The notes under the pieces: model-generated
What the model was told of the DNA's origin: nothing
The model's database searches: none
Seen by the model: the letters and a program-made list of their open reading frames with translations, nothing else
NCBI GenBank assembly: GCA_046290225.1
Contig: JBKAGE010000080.1
Coordinates: forward strand, 83,054-147,053
From: Bradymonadia bacterium
GTDB lineage: Bacteria; Myxococcota_A; Bradymonadia; UBA7976; UBA1532
DNA length: 64,000 nt
Reading direction: 5' to 3'
Position numbers and translations under genes: made by a program
Shown: positions 18,308-28,012 of the stretch, piece after piece
Position numbering within the stretch: position 1 is the stretch's first letter
Layout: every line of letters begins with the position of its first letter

Positions 18308-19456
18308 TCACCATCCCCTGGCGGGGTGCCATTGCTCGACGACGGTGTCTCCCTCTACGACGTGATACCGCTCGAAGAGCGCCGCCGAGAGGCAACTGTG
18401 ATTGGGGATGATGCGCACCCGCTCTCCGATGTGCCATCTCGGATCTTCGGCTTCGACTCTCAGACCGCCTTCGACTTTGATGACGCCGTGCTCCTGACTG
18501 AGCGAGACGATTTTGAGCCCGTCGATACGCTTCTGCTCAGCGTCGACGACGATGCCGTAGCCACACTCTGGATCGACGTGGGTGGGCCCTGGGTCCTTGC
18601 TCAACGCCAGGGCCCCGGCATTGACGACGAGCGTGCCCCGCTCGGGGTAGCGCCCGATGATGGTGGCGACCACGCTGTAGGCGATCTCGTCGAGTGCGCA
18701 GCTGCCAATGGCGTGTTGAAACGCATCGAACAACGCATAGTTGCCTGGCCGCACTTCGGTGACCCCCTCCAAGCCTGCGGCGTGCGTGAGTGTGGGGGTC
18801 GATCCCAGGCTGACGCCGTGGATCTCGATGCCGAGGGCCCGAAGCCGCTGAGCGCACCGAACGATGGCATCCCGCTCTTGCTCCGCGACCTGTACGATCT
18901 CTTCTGAGGTGGTGCAGGCATATGATTGGCCTCCGTGGGTCAGCAACCCCCGCAGCTCGATCCAAGGTGATGCTTGAGCGCGCTCTGCAAGCCGCTGGAT
19001 CTCCTGGCCCTCAGGGCTCAATCCACCGCGAGCGTCGCCGCAGTCTATCTCCAGCCACACGCCCAGGGCACACTGCCGCAGCGCCCCTTCTCGGGCGATG
19101 GCTTCAAGTATCGTGGGATGGTCACACAACACATCGAGCCGCTCTATCTCGGGCCATGCATTGAGTTCAAATATGTGACTGATCTGTTCGAGAGCGGGCG
19201 GTACAGCCCACAAGATGTCTCTGACCCCTGCCCTGGCGAACGCTCTGGCCTCGGCGAGGGTGCTGACGGTGACGCTGTGGTGATCGCCGGCGAGCTGATG
19301 TGCGAGCCCCTCAGGCGATTTGTGGGTCTTTGCGTGGGGCCGCAACGCCACCCCGAGCCTGGCCGCCCGTGCGCTCATGTTCTGACAATTTCGAATGAAC
19401 CGCTGTCGGTCGATGACGGCGCATGGTGTGGTGACGTCTTTCAATTGAGTGGGCAT
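18308..19456 (-). CDS. PLP-dependent fold-III enzyme, D-serine dehydratase / D-threonine aldolase (DSD1) family
   Basis: TPCAVID, RPHAKTHK, GSTPT, EVRPGNY, LSQEHG, PNHSC motifs. Confidence 0.88.
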   Translation of the reverse strand: MPTQLKDVTTPCAVIDRQRFIRNCQNMSARAARLGVALRPHAKTHKSPEGLAHQLAGDHHSVTVSTLAEARAFARAGVRDILWAVPPALEQISHIFELNAWPEIERLDVLCDHPTILEAIAREGALRQCALGVWLEIDCGDARGGLSPEGQEIQRLAERAQASPWIELRGLLTHGGQSYACTTSEEIVQVAEQERDAIVRCAQRLRALGIEIHGVSLGSTPTLTHAAGLEGVTEVRPGNYALFDAFQHAIGSCALDEIAYSVVATIIGRYPERGTLVVNAGALALSKDPGPTHVDPECGYGIVVDAEQKRIDGLKIVSLSQEHGVIKVEGGLRVEAEDPRWHIGERVRIIPNHSCLSAALFERYHVVEGDTVVEQWHPARGW

Positions 19457-19476
19457 GTGATCTTACTCTCGGGTGC

Positions 19477-19905
19477 ATGATGGGTCAGACATATCACATC
19501 CATGGCACGCTTCATTTCGATCCGCGACCCACGGGCAAGGGGCGAAAGGGCCGCCGCGCTCACGGCTGGTGCGTGCTCTCGGTGGATCCTGCGCTCGTGC
19601 ACTATCTCCACTGGCACGTGGCCGCTGCGCATACACTGCCGCTCAAGCGCCCGGCGTGGCCTGGGGTGGTGCCGGTGGTGCTCGGTGCCACTCCCCGGAG
19701 AGGTGCGGATCTCTGGGGGGCTCGGGAGGGCGCCTCTGTATCGCTGGTGGTGCGAAGAATTTTTACAGAAGATGTGGGGCGCTGGTGGTGCCCTGTCGAA
19801 TGCCCCGAGATGCGCCAACTCCGCGAAGCTCTAGGGCTTTCACCGCTGCCTCGCGGAGGCTTCAGACTCTGTGTGGCAGAGCCGGCCCCTTCGAGGCCCG
19901 GTTGA
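19477..19905 (+). CDS. Hypothetical protein, possibly a degenerate 2H-phosphoesterase-like fold
   Basis: LKRPAW...LWG..EG..V...WW..VECP....LREALGL..P...F.L pattern recalls a phage/bacterial 2H family, but both catalytic His are missing. Confidence 0.5.
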   Translation: MMGQTYHIHGTLHFDPRPTGKGRKGRRAHGWCVLSVDPALVHYLHWHVAAAHTLPLKRPAWPGVVPVVLGATPRRGADLWGAREGASVSLVVRRIFTEDVGRWWCPVECPEMRQLREALGLSPLPRGGFRLCVAEPAPSRPG

Positions 19906-20029
19906 GCTGGACATAGATGATGCCTTTGGGTACCCTGCGCGCCCTCACACCCGTGGCCAAAGCTGTCACCGGCTGAATTCAAGCGCCTGAGCAGCAGGTG
20001 GTCACAACACAACTGGAGAGCATTCATAG

Positions 20030-20488
20030 ATGATGCAAAGCCTTACTGAGCACCCCTGGGCCGCAGACGAGTTCCACGGTCAGCAGGAGGTTGGGCTGGA
20101 AAGCGTTGGTCTGGAGTCGGTTGCCACCCCAGGCTCGCACGCTGAGAACGCCCCGGCCCCTTACTACGCAGAGCTGGTCGAGATGCGGGGGGGTCGCCGT
20201 ATGATCTTCCGCGCCTTCTTCCACGATTTCAAACAGCTGGGCTTGCACCCCCGCTCCCAGGCCCGCCTCGAGGGTCTGGTGAAGCGCGGTGGTCACCTCT
20301 TCATCGATCCCGACGGCGAGCAGCCGATCTGTGGTCTGATCAAGGGACGCCTCGCTGATTACCCCCGCCTCAACGCCGACGATGAGCAGCACTGCTGCAT
20401 CGTCCTCGACGCGGATTACACCCCGGCGCCCCGCGACAACATCGACGCCTTCGCCCGCCAGAAGAAGATCCGCGCGTTTTTGGTCTAG
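20030..20488 (+). CDS. Hypothetical protein
   Basis: GGAGAG upstream; GC3-rich codon pattern in the 3' two-thirds; no recognisable motif; start uncertain. Confidence 0.45.
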   Translation: MMQSLTEHPWAADEFHGQQEVGLESVGLESVATPGSHAENAPAPYYAELVEMRGGRRMIFRAFFHDFKQLGLHPRSQARLEGLVKRGGHLFIDPDGEQPICGLIKGRLADYPRLNADDEQHCCIVLDADYTPAPRDNIDAFARQKKIRAFLV

Positions 20489-20639
20489 CTCCGGCGCTCC
20501 GGCGGCGCCAGCCGTCGTGAGCGCGGCGATTTCACGCACAGCTGCGGCGGGCAAATGCTCGACGCAGCGCTGGCAGAAGCCTTCGCTGCGCCTGCGCTTT
20601 TCCCACCACATCTGCACGCGAACTCACCACGCTCACGAC

Positions 20640-20801
20640 GACTGTCGCCACCTCCGCGCCTCCGCGGGGCTCGTGCATAGGTGGGTTATGGCTTTGTGGG
20701 GCTCTTTGGGACTTCTGACTGCCGCCTCCGGGCCTCCGCGAGACATGTGCATAGGTGGGTTGTGGCTTTGTTGGGGTTTTGTGGGGCCGGGGGTTTTTGG
20801 G
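20640..20801 (+). repeat. Imperfect ~75-bp tandem duplication ending in a G-run tract
   Basis: GCCTCCGCG...GTGCATAGGTGGGTT(A/G)TGGCTTTGT occurs twice (GTGCATAGG at 20673 and 20747). Confidence 0.6.
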
Positions 20802-21076
20802 CTCCGGTTACGGGTCGTGGGTGTTTGAGTTGAGGGCTCTCGTGCATGACGCTTTGGGCTGTCCTACCTGCACCTTCATCACCGTGTGCCTGAACATGTG
20901 CCAGCAGCGAAAGCCACTGGTACCCATGCGGCCATCGTTGTAAGTTCCGGGCGAACCAGGCAGATAATCCCTGCCCAACAAACACCTTCATCCTTCGTGA
21001 TCTCGGGCCCCTTCAGAAGCCTGGGCTCGCGGAGGCGCTTCGGCGGCCATCGTCGCCGAAGCGCCGGAGCAACATC

Positions 21077-21709
21077 ATGCGTATGATTCTCGTAGGGCCT
21101 CCCGGGGCCGGCAAAGGGACGCAGGCGGCTCGCCTCGTCGAGAAACTCGGCATTCCTCACTTGTCCACGGGTGACATGCTCCGCGCCGCCGTCAAGGCCG
21201 GCACCGAGCTGGGCAAGGAAGCTCAGAAGTTCATGAGCGCCGGTGAGCTGGTGCCCGACGAGGTCATCATCGGCATGGTGGTCGAGCGGCTGCAGGCAGA
21301 CGATTGCCAGAAGGGCTTCATGCTCGACGGGTTCCCTCGCACCACCCCCCAGGCCGAAGCCCTGCAGGTGGCTCTTGAGGGTGTCGACGTGCAGCTCGAC
21401 GCCGTTGTGCTCATCAAAGTGCCCGACAGTGTCATCGAGGAGCGGATCGTGCATCGCCGGTCAGATCCCGACACCGGCACCATCTACCACCTGAAGTTCA
21501 ACCCGCCCCCTGCCGACATCGCCGACCGGCTCACCCATCGCAGAGACGATACCTCGGAAGCTGTGCGCACCCGACTGGCGAAGTACCACGAGGCCACTGC
21601 CCCCGTGGTGGACTTCTACGGTGCCACTGGCATGCTCAAAGAGGTGGATGGTCTGGGTGCCCCCGACGAGGTCACCGAGCGTATCTACAGCGTGCTCGGC
21701 ATCAGCTGA
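21077..21709 (+). CDS. adk: Adenylate kinase
   Basis: GPPGAGKGTQA, HLSTGDMLR, GELVPDE, LDGFPRT. Confidence 0.97.
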   Translation: MRMILVGPPGAGKGTQAARLVEKLGIPHLSTGDMLRAAVKAGTELGKEAQKFMSAGELVPDEVIIGMVVERLQADDCQKGFMLDGFPRTTPQAEALQVALEGVDVQLDAVVLIKVPDSVIEERIVHRRSDPDTGTIYHLKFNPPPADIADRLTHRRDDTSEAVRTRLAKYHEATAPVVDFYGATGMLKEVDGLGAPDEVTERIYSVLGIS

Positions 21710-22389
21710 GACAGCCACATCGGTGTCTCGGCCCCTTCGGGCCACTGGCCATGAGCGCGGGCCAATGACACCACCTGGGCAGCCAAGTCGTCCGACAGCG
21801 GCGCCTCCCACGCCCCCACCCCATCACATTCGATGCGCCACGCGTGCAGACACACGCGCCCTGGGCCCTTGGTGTAAGTCGCACCGCGTTTGGGCGGATA
21901 ACGTACGTCGTCCACCAACGCGTGGCCGATGCTCTGCATGTGTCTTCGAATCTGGTGCTTGCGGCCCGTCTCCGGGCGTACGTGCATCAAGGCCACCGGA
22001 CCCAACCAGCGGATGACCCGATAGCGCGTCACCGCCTCGAGGGGTCGCTTGCGACGCCCGTCGGCGAGGGCTCGACGCACGATCCCCTTTTTCCTCGGGC
22101 GGCCATGTACCAGCGCCAGGTAATGCTTGCGCACGGCGTGCTCGGCGAACCGCTGGCCCATCTCGCGCCTGATGTCGGCGCTGTCGGAGAGGAGCACCAC
22201 CCCCGACGTCTCTCGATCGAGTCGATGGATCGGGCTCATGCCGACCAGGCCCTGATCTGCCAACAACTCGGTCAGCGCAGGGCCCTGCCCCTCGACACCA
22301 GGGTGCACGGCGACGCCGGCGGGCTTGTGGACCGCGAGGATGCCATCACGATGAGAGATGATGTGGATGAGTGGGGGTGTCACAGGCAA
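21685..22389 (-). CDS. RluA-family pseudouridine synthase
   Basis: KPAGVAVHP, HRLDRETSG, TGRKHQIRRH, LHA; start uncertain (TTG 22389 or GTG 22383). Confidence 0.9.
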   Translation of the reverse strand: MPVTPPLIHIISHRDGILAVHKPAGVAVHPGVEGQGPALTELLADQGLVGMSPIHRLDRETSGVVLLSDSADIRREMGQRFAEHAVRKHYLALVHGRPRKKGIVRRALADGRRKRPLEAVTRYRVIRWLGPVALMHVRPETGRKHQIRRHMQSIGHALVDDVRYPPKRGATYTKGPGRVCLHAWRIECDGVGAWEAPLSDDLAAQVVSLARAHGQWPEGAETPMWLSQLMPSTL

Positions 22390-22424
22390 GCGTCAGAACA
22401 GCGTTCTCAGGAGGTGAAAGCGCC

Positions 22425-22856
22425 TCAGGAGGCGAAGGTGCGCTCCTGGCGCTCCTGGCGCTCCTTGCAGACGATGCACAGGGTGGTCACCGGACGCGCC
22501 CGCAGACGACGGAACCCGATCCAGGCGCTGCACTCGTCACACCACCAGTAGTCACCCTCGTTGAGGCGCTCGAGGGCCTCTTCGATCTTGCCGAGCAGGT
22601 GACGCTCGCGACCCCGGAGACGGAAGGCCAGGGACTGGTTGTAGTCCGATGTGGCGAGATCCATCTCGTCGGGGAGATCGTCGGGATCGAGGGTCATGTC
22701 TTCGGTGAGCGTACGCTGAGCGTTGCGCATCAGCTTGGCTTTCTCCGATTCCAAGATGGCCCGAAACTCTTCGGTCCGCTCTTGGAGCAGCTCCTCGGAG
22801 ACGCCCTCGAAATCAGCCTCTTCCCGAACTTCACCGGGCTCGATTTTCTTGGTCAT
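22425..22856 (-). CDS. dksA: DksA/TraR C4 zinc-finger transcription factor
   Basis: Coiled-coil tip PDEMDLA; CDEC...RLRARP.TTLCIVC; GGAGG RBS upstream of ATG 22856. Confidence 0.88.
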   Translation of the reverse strand: MTKKIEPGEVREEADFEGVSEELLQERTEEFRAILESEKAKLMRNAQRTLTEDMTLDPDDLPDEMDLATSDYNQSLAFRLRGRERHLLGKIEEALERLNEGDYWWCDECSAWIGFRRLRARPVTTLCIVCKERQERQERTFAS

Positions 22857-22971
22857 GACCCTCAACCTCCAGTCAGAGAGACGGCGAAAGTTACTGTCGT
22901 GCGGGCGCCGCTGTCAATGCTCAGAGCGCATGATCGAACATGGACCCAAGTGTCGATGCCCGCAAGGCTTT

Positions 22972-24681
22972 TCAGGCCGCGCCGGGTGTCTGTTTCTTCG
23001 GCTTCACCATGAAGGAGGTGCCAAGCATCAGCGCGAAGAGCACCGTCCAGACATAGACCGCGAGCATGTCTTGCGACACGGGCTGGGTGAAGGAGTAGAA
23101 CGCAAAGATGCCGAGGATCGGCACCAACGCACCCTGTACCCATAGCAAACCATTGGTGTTGAACGAATGCTGGGGGTTCTTCTCGGCAGCGCGGACCACG
23201 GCGTTGTAACCGATGAGCATGATCATCGACCCAATGCCGATGGCCATGAAGATCATCCACATGCTGTAGGGCTCGTAGGTATCCCAGAGCAGCTGGCGGG
23301 CACCCCAGGCGTCGACCTTCGCCGTCTCCTCGAAGAGAGGCATCACCTTGTCCTTGGGCAACCCGTTGACCATGTCGGCGGCGAGGTTGGCTTTCTCGAT
23401 GAGGTACTTCTTGGCGAGGTTCACCTTGTCGCCACCGTGCTCGTACAAGTTCCCGGCGACGATCGAGCCGATGGACCACCCGATGCCCACGGTCATGTTC
23501 ACGTAGCCCATGTACTGCCCCTGTTTGCCAGGAGGAGCGATGGAGGAGACGTAGCGCATCTTGGTGGGGCTGGCGATCATCTCACCCACGGAGAAGCCAG
23601 CGATGGCCAGGAAGATCACCCAACCACTCATCGAGGTACCCAGGCCGTAGATGCCCACGGCGGCGATGGCGATGCCGATGATGATGGCGGTGAGAGAGTG
23701 CATCTTGCCGGTCATGTAACCAAAGACCCAGGCGAAGAGGCTGATCAGCAACGGGTTGAAGTTGATGATCCACTCCTGGGTGAGGTTCCCGCCGTTGGTG
23801 GTGGGGATGGCCCCCTCACCGAACATGCCGGCGAGCATCTCTGCGGCGGCTCGAGAGTCGATCCAGTCGTCGATGAAGTTCGGGAGGATGTCGAACAGCT
23901 GATAGAACATCAGCCAGAAGCCCGCGAACGTGATGGTGAAGAAGAACAGCCGGGGCTCGAGCAGCCCCTTCACGGCGCGACCGATGAGGTCAGGGATGCT
24001 ACCCTCGTCTTTGTGCTCGCGCTTGGGCTCGGCGAACATGAACAGCGGGATGAAGTTCAGGGCGATGGCGGCGGAGCACAGCAGGAAGACGTACTCCCAC
24101 TCCAGAATCCGCAGGTAGCCCGCGATGAAGGGCCCCACGAAGCCACCGATATTTACACACTGGTAGAAGATGGCCCACCCCAGGGCGGCCTTGTCCGGGG
24201 GCATCTCGTTGGCGAGCAGCCCCTGCACACCAGGCTTGAAGATGGCGGTGCCCAGCGCAAGCAACTGCGCGCCAGAGAAGAAGATCCAGTAGGTGAGATC
24301 GGTGCCCTGGGCTCGAGCCTCGGCGATGGGCATGCCGGCGAGGCTCTCGGCGATGGTGATGCAATACCCCATCAGCAGATAGCCCAGGATCTTCAGCACG
24401 GTGCTGATGGCGATGTTGATCTTGTAGCCATAACGATCAGCGAAGACGCCGGAGAACACGGGTACAAAGCTCTGCACCAGGGCCCAGATGGCATAGATAC
24501 TGCCTTTCTGGGTGTGGGTGAACTCAGGGCCGCCCTCGGCGAGGGAGAGCACCATGAACACCGGCAACACGGTGCGCACGCCGTAGTAGGCGAAGCGCTC
24601 CACGAGCTCCATCCAGTTGGCGATCCAATAGACACGGTTGAAGCCGAGCTTCTTGCCGACTCCGGGATTGGGCTGTTGCAT
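22972..24681 (-). CDS. POT/PTR-family (MFS) proton-dependent oligopeptide transporter
   Basis: ELVERFAYYG signature; FYQCVNIGG; many transmembrane segments. Confidence 0.88.
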   Translation of the reverse strand: MQQPNPGVGKKLGFNRVYWIANWMELVERFAYYGVRTVLPVFMVLSLAEGGPEFTHTQKGSIYAIWALVQSFVPVFSGVFADRYGYKINIAISTVLKILGYLLMGYCITIAESLAGMPIAEARAQGTDLTYWIFFSGAQLLALGTAIFKPGVQGLLANEMPPDKAALGWAIFYQCVNIGGFVGPFIAGYLRILEWEYVFLLCSAAIALNFIPLFMFAEPKREHKDEGSIPDLIGRAVKGLLEPRLFFFTITFAGFWLMFYQLFDILPNFIDDWIDSRAAAEMLAGMFGEGAIPTTNGGNLTQEWIINFNPLLISLFAWVFGYMTGKMHSLTAIIIGIAIAAVGIYGLGTSMSGWVIFLAIAGFSVGEMIASPTKMRYVSSIAPPGKQGQYMGYVNMTVGIGWSIGSIVAGNLYEHGGDKVNLAKKYLIEKANLAADMVNGLPKDKVMPLFEETAKVDAWGARQLLWDTYEPYSMWMIFMAIGIGSMIMLIGYNAVVRAAEKNPQHSFNTNGLLWVQGALVPILGIFAFYSFTQPVSQDMLAVYVWTVLFALMLGTSFMVKPKKQTPGAA

Positions 24682-24809
24682 ATAGACCTCGCCACCAAAA
24701 ACCCCAACACACGTGGGGTTCGATTGTCATCGCGCTCGATGAGCAGACGTGCGGTTATACTCCCCGCACGTCTGTTCATCTACGCAAATCCCGAGGCCGC
24801 ATAATCACG

Positions 24810-25769
24810 ATGTACGCCGCCACACTCGAAGACATCCGCGCCGCACGAGCGCGCATCGCAGGCCACGCCCACGTGACCCCGGTCATGACCTGCGCCGCTC
24901 TCGACGCCCTCGCCCATCGCTCGCTCTTCTTCAAATGCGAGCATCTGCAAAAGGTGGGGGCCTTCAAGTTCCGGGGCGCGGTGAACGCGCTGTCCAAGCT
25001 CAAAGAAGCGCCAGGGCCGACCCCTGAGGCCGTGGTGACGCACTCCAGCGGGAACCACGCCCAGGCCGTGGCCCTCGCGGGGCGCACGCTGGGCTTCGAA
25101 GCCCACATCGTGATGCCCACGTCGGCGCCCACTGTGAAACGTCAGGCCGTAGAGGGTTACGGGGCGCGGGTGTACCCCTGCGCCCCGGTGCTTGAGGCAC
25201 GTGAGAGCACGGCGGCCCAGGTGGTGGCTGAGACTGGAGGGGTGCTGATCCCCCCGTACAATCATCCCGACGTCATCGCTGGTCAGGGCACCATCGCCCT
25301 GGAGCTGCTTGAGCAGGTTGCCGATCTCGACGCGGTGATCGTGCCCGTGGGCGGTGGCGGCATGATCTCGGGCATCGCCCTGGCCCTTCGAGAGGCGGCC
25401 CCCCACGTTCGGGTGTTCGCTGCGGAGCCTCTCGGCGCCGATGACGCAGCCCGCTCGAAGGCGGCGGGGCGTCTGATCCCCCAGACCGGCCCCGACACCA
25501 TCGCCGACGGGCTGCTCACCAGCCTCGGCGATCTCACCTGGCCGGTGATCCGCGACGTGGTCGAGCAGGTGATCACGGTGAGCGAGGCGGCCATCGTAGA
25601 GGCGATGTCCCTTGTATGGAGCCGTATGAAGCAGGTGGTGGAGCCCAGCGCCGCAGTGTCCCTCGCTGCGGCCCTCTCAGATGAATTTCGGGCCATTTCG
25701 GGGGTCAAGCGGGTGGCCCTGGTGCTGTGCGGAGGCAATGTCGACCTGAGCGCGTTGCCATGGGGATAG
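24810..25769 (+). CDS. Serine racemase / serine-threonine dehydratase (PLP fold II)
   Basis: FKCEHLQKVGAFKFRGA, THSSGNHAQA, GQGT, PVGGGG, TIADGL, CGGNVD. Confidence 0.9.
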   Translation: MYAATLEDIRAARARIAGHAHVTPVMTCAALDALAHRSLFFKCEHLQKVGAFKFRGAVNALSKLKEAPGPTPEAVVTHSSGNHAQAVALAGRTLGFEAHIVMPTSAPTVKRQAVEGYGARVYPCAPVLEARESTAAQVVAETGGVLIPPYNHPDVIAGQGTIALELLEQVADLDAVIVPVGGGGMISGIALALREAAPHVRVFAAEPLGADDAARSKAAGRLIPQTGPDTIADGLLTSLGDLTWPVIRDVVEQVITVSEAAIVEAMSLVWSRMKQVVEPSAAVSLAAALSDEFRAISGVKRVALVLCGGNVDLSALPWG

Positions 25770-26139
25770 CGGACGGTCATCGCCTTACGGCGACAGCCTG
25801 TAGCGGACGCCTGCTTCGCAGAGCTGTAGCGGACGCTCATTTGCCTTCGGCAAATTCCCTGTAGCTTTTTGAAGATCAGTTGAGGGGACGTGTGTGGGTT
25901 CATCTACCGCAAACGCTGGTGGCCCCTGACGCACCAGTTCCGGCGTAAGCCCCGACCTGGGTTGAGAAACCCACCAGCAACACCATAACTCTCTGAAAAA
26001 GCTACAGCTCCGGCTGCCGGAGGCAGACTCGGCGTCCGCTACAGCTCTGAGCCAGCGCAGCTGGTTCAGGCGTCCGCTACAGGCGCAGCGCAGCTGGGCC
26101 GTCCGCTACAGGCGGTGCCAAAGGCACGGCCGTCCGCTC
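25767..26139. repeat. Palindromic element B: CTGTAGCGGACG array + ~135-nt core + inverted CGTCCGCTACAG array
   Basis: Forward repeats at ~25767, 25798, 25824, 25859 (partial) and inverted repeats at ~26001 (partial), 26033, 26071, 26100, 26131; each pair separated by a mini-hairpin. Reverse complement of element C. Confidence 0.9.
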
Positions 26140-26257
26140 GATTAATTCCAGCATTTCGGTCGAAAAACCGTGAACCCATCGGGCCATTTGGTTCATCGTT
26201 GCTCAGTGGTACAGGCAAAGGCCCGTACCAGCTCAGACCCCACATCGGAGTGAATCC

Positions 26258-26707
26258 ATGTCTCGTTTCCTCGCTGGCCTGTGCGCCGCTGCCGCCCTCA
26301 CCCTCGTCGGGACCGTCGCCACCGCCTGCCCCGGTGGTGAGATGAAGGCCCAGGCCACCCCCGCCACCATGACCACCGCTCAGCTCGAAGAGGCCATGAG
26401 CGCCAAGAAGGTCACCGTGGTCGATACCAACAACGCCGAGAAGTTCGCCAAGGCCCACATCCCCGGCGCCACCCACGTGCCCTATGATCAGGTCTCCGCG
26501 AGCACCCTGCCCGCCGACAAGAACGCCAGCCTGGTGTTCTACTGCGCCAACACCATGTGTGGCGCCAGCAAGAAGGCCGCCACCGCCGCCATGGGCGAGG
26601 GCTACAACAACGTCGCCGTCTACCCCGAGGGCATCGATGGCTGGGTCGCCGCCGGCAAGCCCGTCGAGGCCGCCAAGGCTGCCAAGGCCGCCAAGGGCGG
26701 TTCCTGA
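26258..26707 (+). CDS. Secreted rhodanese-like domain protein
   Basis: Signal peptide; AHIPGA, VFYCAN..C, EGIDGW. Confidence 0.85.
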   Translation: MSRFLAGLCAAAALTLVGTVATACPGGEMKAQATPATMTTAQLEEAMSAKKVTVVDTNNAEKFAKAHIPGATHVPYDQVSASTLPADKNASLVFYCANTMCGASKKAATAAMGEGYNNVAVYPEGIDGWVAAGKPVEAAKAAKAAKGGS

Positions 26708-26848
26708 GCCCACCCCTGCCTTCAGGCTCTTCTCCCCCAGCTCTCTCCCTCACTGCACCTCAGCGCCTCGTCACCACGAGGCCTGCCTCTCGCAAGACCT
26801 GACAACTGACTGTCGAGGCACTAACGTACCCCCCTCACTGGTCAACGT

Positions 26849-28012
26849 ATGGGGAGTACGATGCTCAAAGAATGGCTGGGTAAGCTCAAAGGTCTGCTGG
26901 GCAAGAGAAGCTCGGGCGGCGCCAAGGGCAGTGGCCGGCAGTGGATACTGCCAGGCATTGCCACCTTCATCATCCTGCTCTCGCTCTTCAGCGGCGGCAG
27001 CGGCGCCGTAGAAGTAGAGCCCGGCGAGGTGGCCGTGATCTACAACCAGACTGGCATCAGCGCCTTTGGCGATCTCGCCAGCGTGAGCCAGGAGCAGGGC
27101 GTGTTGACCTTCTTCCCCGGGTTTCAGCGGGTCGAGAAGCTCGACGTGCAACCTCAGATCTTCGTCATGGAAGGCAACGGAGACTCTGCTGAGGCCAGGC
27201 CCAACCAGTCGGGCAAGCTTACCGTGCGCGCCAAAGACGGCTCGAACTTCTACTTCGAGCGGGTGGAGATCCACTACCAGCTGATCACCGAAAAAGCCGC
27301 CGAGGTCATCGTCCTCAACGGCCCCGGTGACGACTACAAGGGCAAGGCCATCAAGACCCACGCCCGGGAGATCCTGCGCGACGAGTTCGGCCGCTACGAG
27401 TTCCTCGAGATCGCCAACCCCGCCACCTATGGCGAGGCCACCAGCCGGGCCAAGCGGGCCCTGAACGAGCGCCTCAACCCCCTGGGCATCGAGGTCACCA
27501 ACATCCCGCCGCCGAAGCCCCGGTTCGACACCAACATCGAGCAGGCCATCGAGAAGCGTCAGAACGCCGAGCAGGAGGTCGAGGTCCAGCGAGAAGAGCG
27601 CAACAAGCTCAAGCAGGAGCGCGAGCGCAAGCTGCAGCAGGTGGCTCAGCGCAAGAGCGCCGAGTTCCAGGGCATCAAGGCCCGCCTCGAGGCAGAGCTC
27701 AAGCAGGCCCAGAACACCGAGCTCGCCAGCAAGCGCGAGGCCGACAAGTACTTCATCGAGCGCGACGCCGAGGGCAAGGCCATGCGCGACGAGAAGGTCA
27801 CCCAGGCCAAAGCCAACGAGGTGGCCTACCGCCGCGAAGCCGAAGGCCTCGCCGCCAAGATCCGCGCCGTCGGTGAAGAGGGCCCCGACGTACTCAACCG
27901 CGTCATCGCCGAGAAGGTGTTCCCCCAGATGCGCAACCTCACCGCCCGCCCCTACACCCGGCAGTCCACCCCCATCGACATCCGGCACATCGACTCTTCG
28001 GGAGAGCAGTAA
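26849..28012 (+). CDS. SPFH (band 7 / HflC-like) domain membrane protein with long coiled coil
   Basis: N-terminal TM; VEPGEVAV; C-terminal Ala/Glu/Lys coiled coil; alternative start 26861. Confidence 0.78.
   Translation: MGSTMLKEWLGKLKGLLGKRSSGGAKGSGRQWILPGIATFIILLSLFSGGSGAVEVEPGEVAVIYNQTGISAFGDLASVSQEQGVLTFFPGFQRVEKLDVQPQIFVMEGNGDSAEARPNQSGKLTVRAKDGSNFYFERVEIHYQLITEKAAEVIVLNGPGDDYKGKAIKTHAREILRDEFGRYEFLEIANPATYGEATSRAKRALNERLNPLGIEVTNIPPPKPRFDTNIEQAIEKRQNAEQEVEVQREERNKLKQERERKLQQVAQRKSAEFQGIKARLEAELKQAQNTELASKREADKYFIERDAEGKAMRDEKVTQAKANEVAYRREAEGLAAKIRAVGEEGPDVLNRVIAEKVFPQMRNLTARPYTRQSTPIDIRHIDSSGEQ

Noticed and set aside
25767..26139. CRISPR array (regularly spaced CTGTAGCGGACG repeats; same at 31120-31532)
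   Set aside because: The repeats are only ~12 bp and flip orientation across the core. The spacers are self-complementary hairpins reused between copies, and no cas genes are present.
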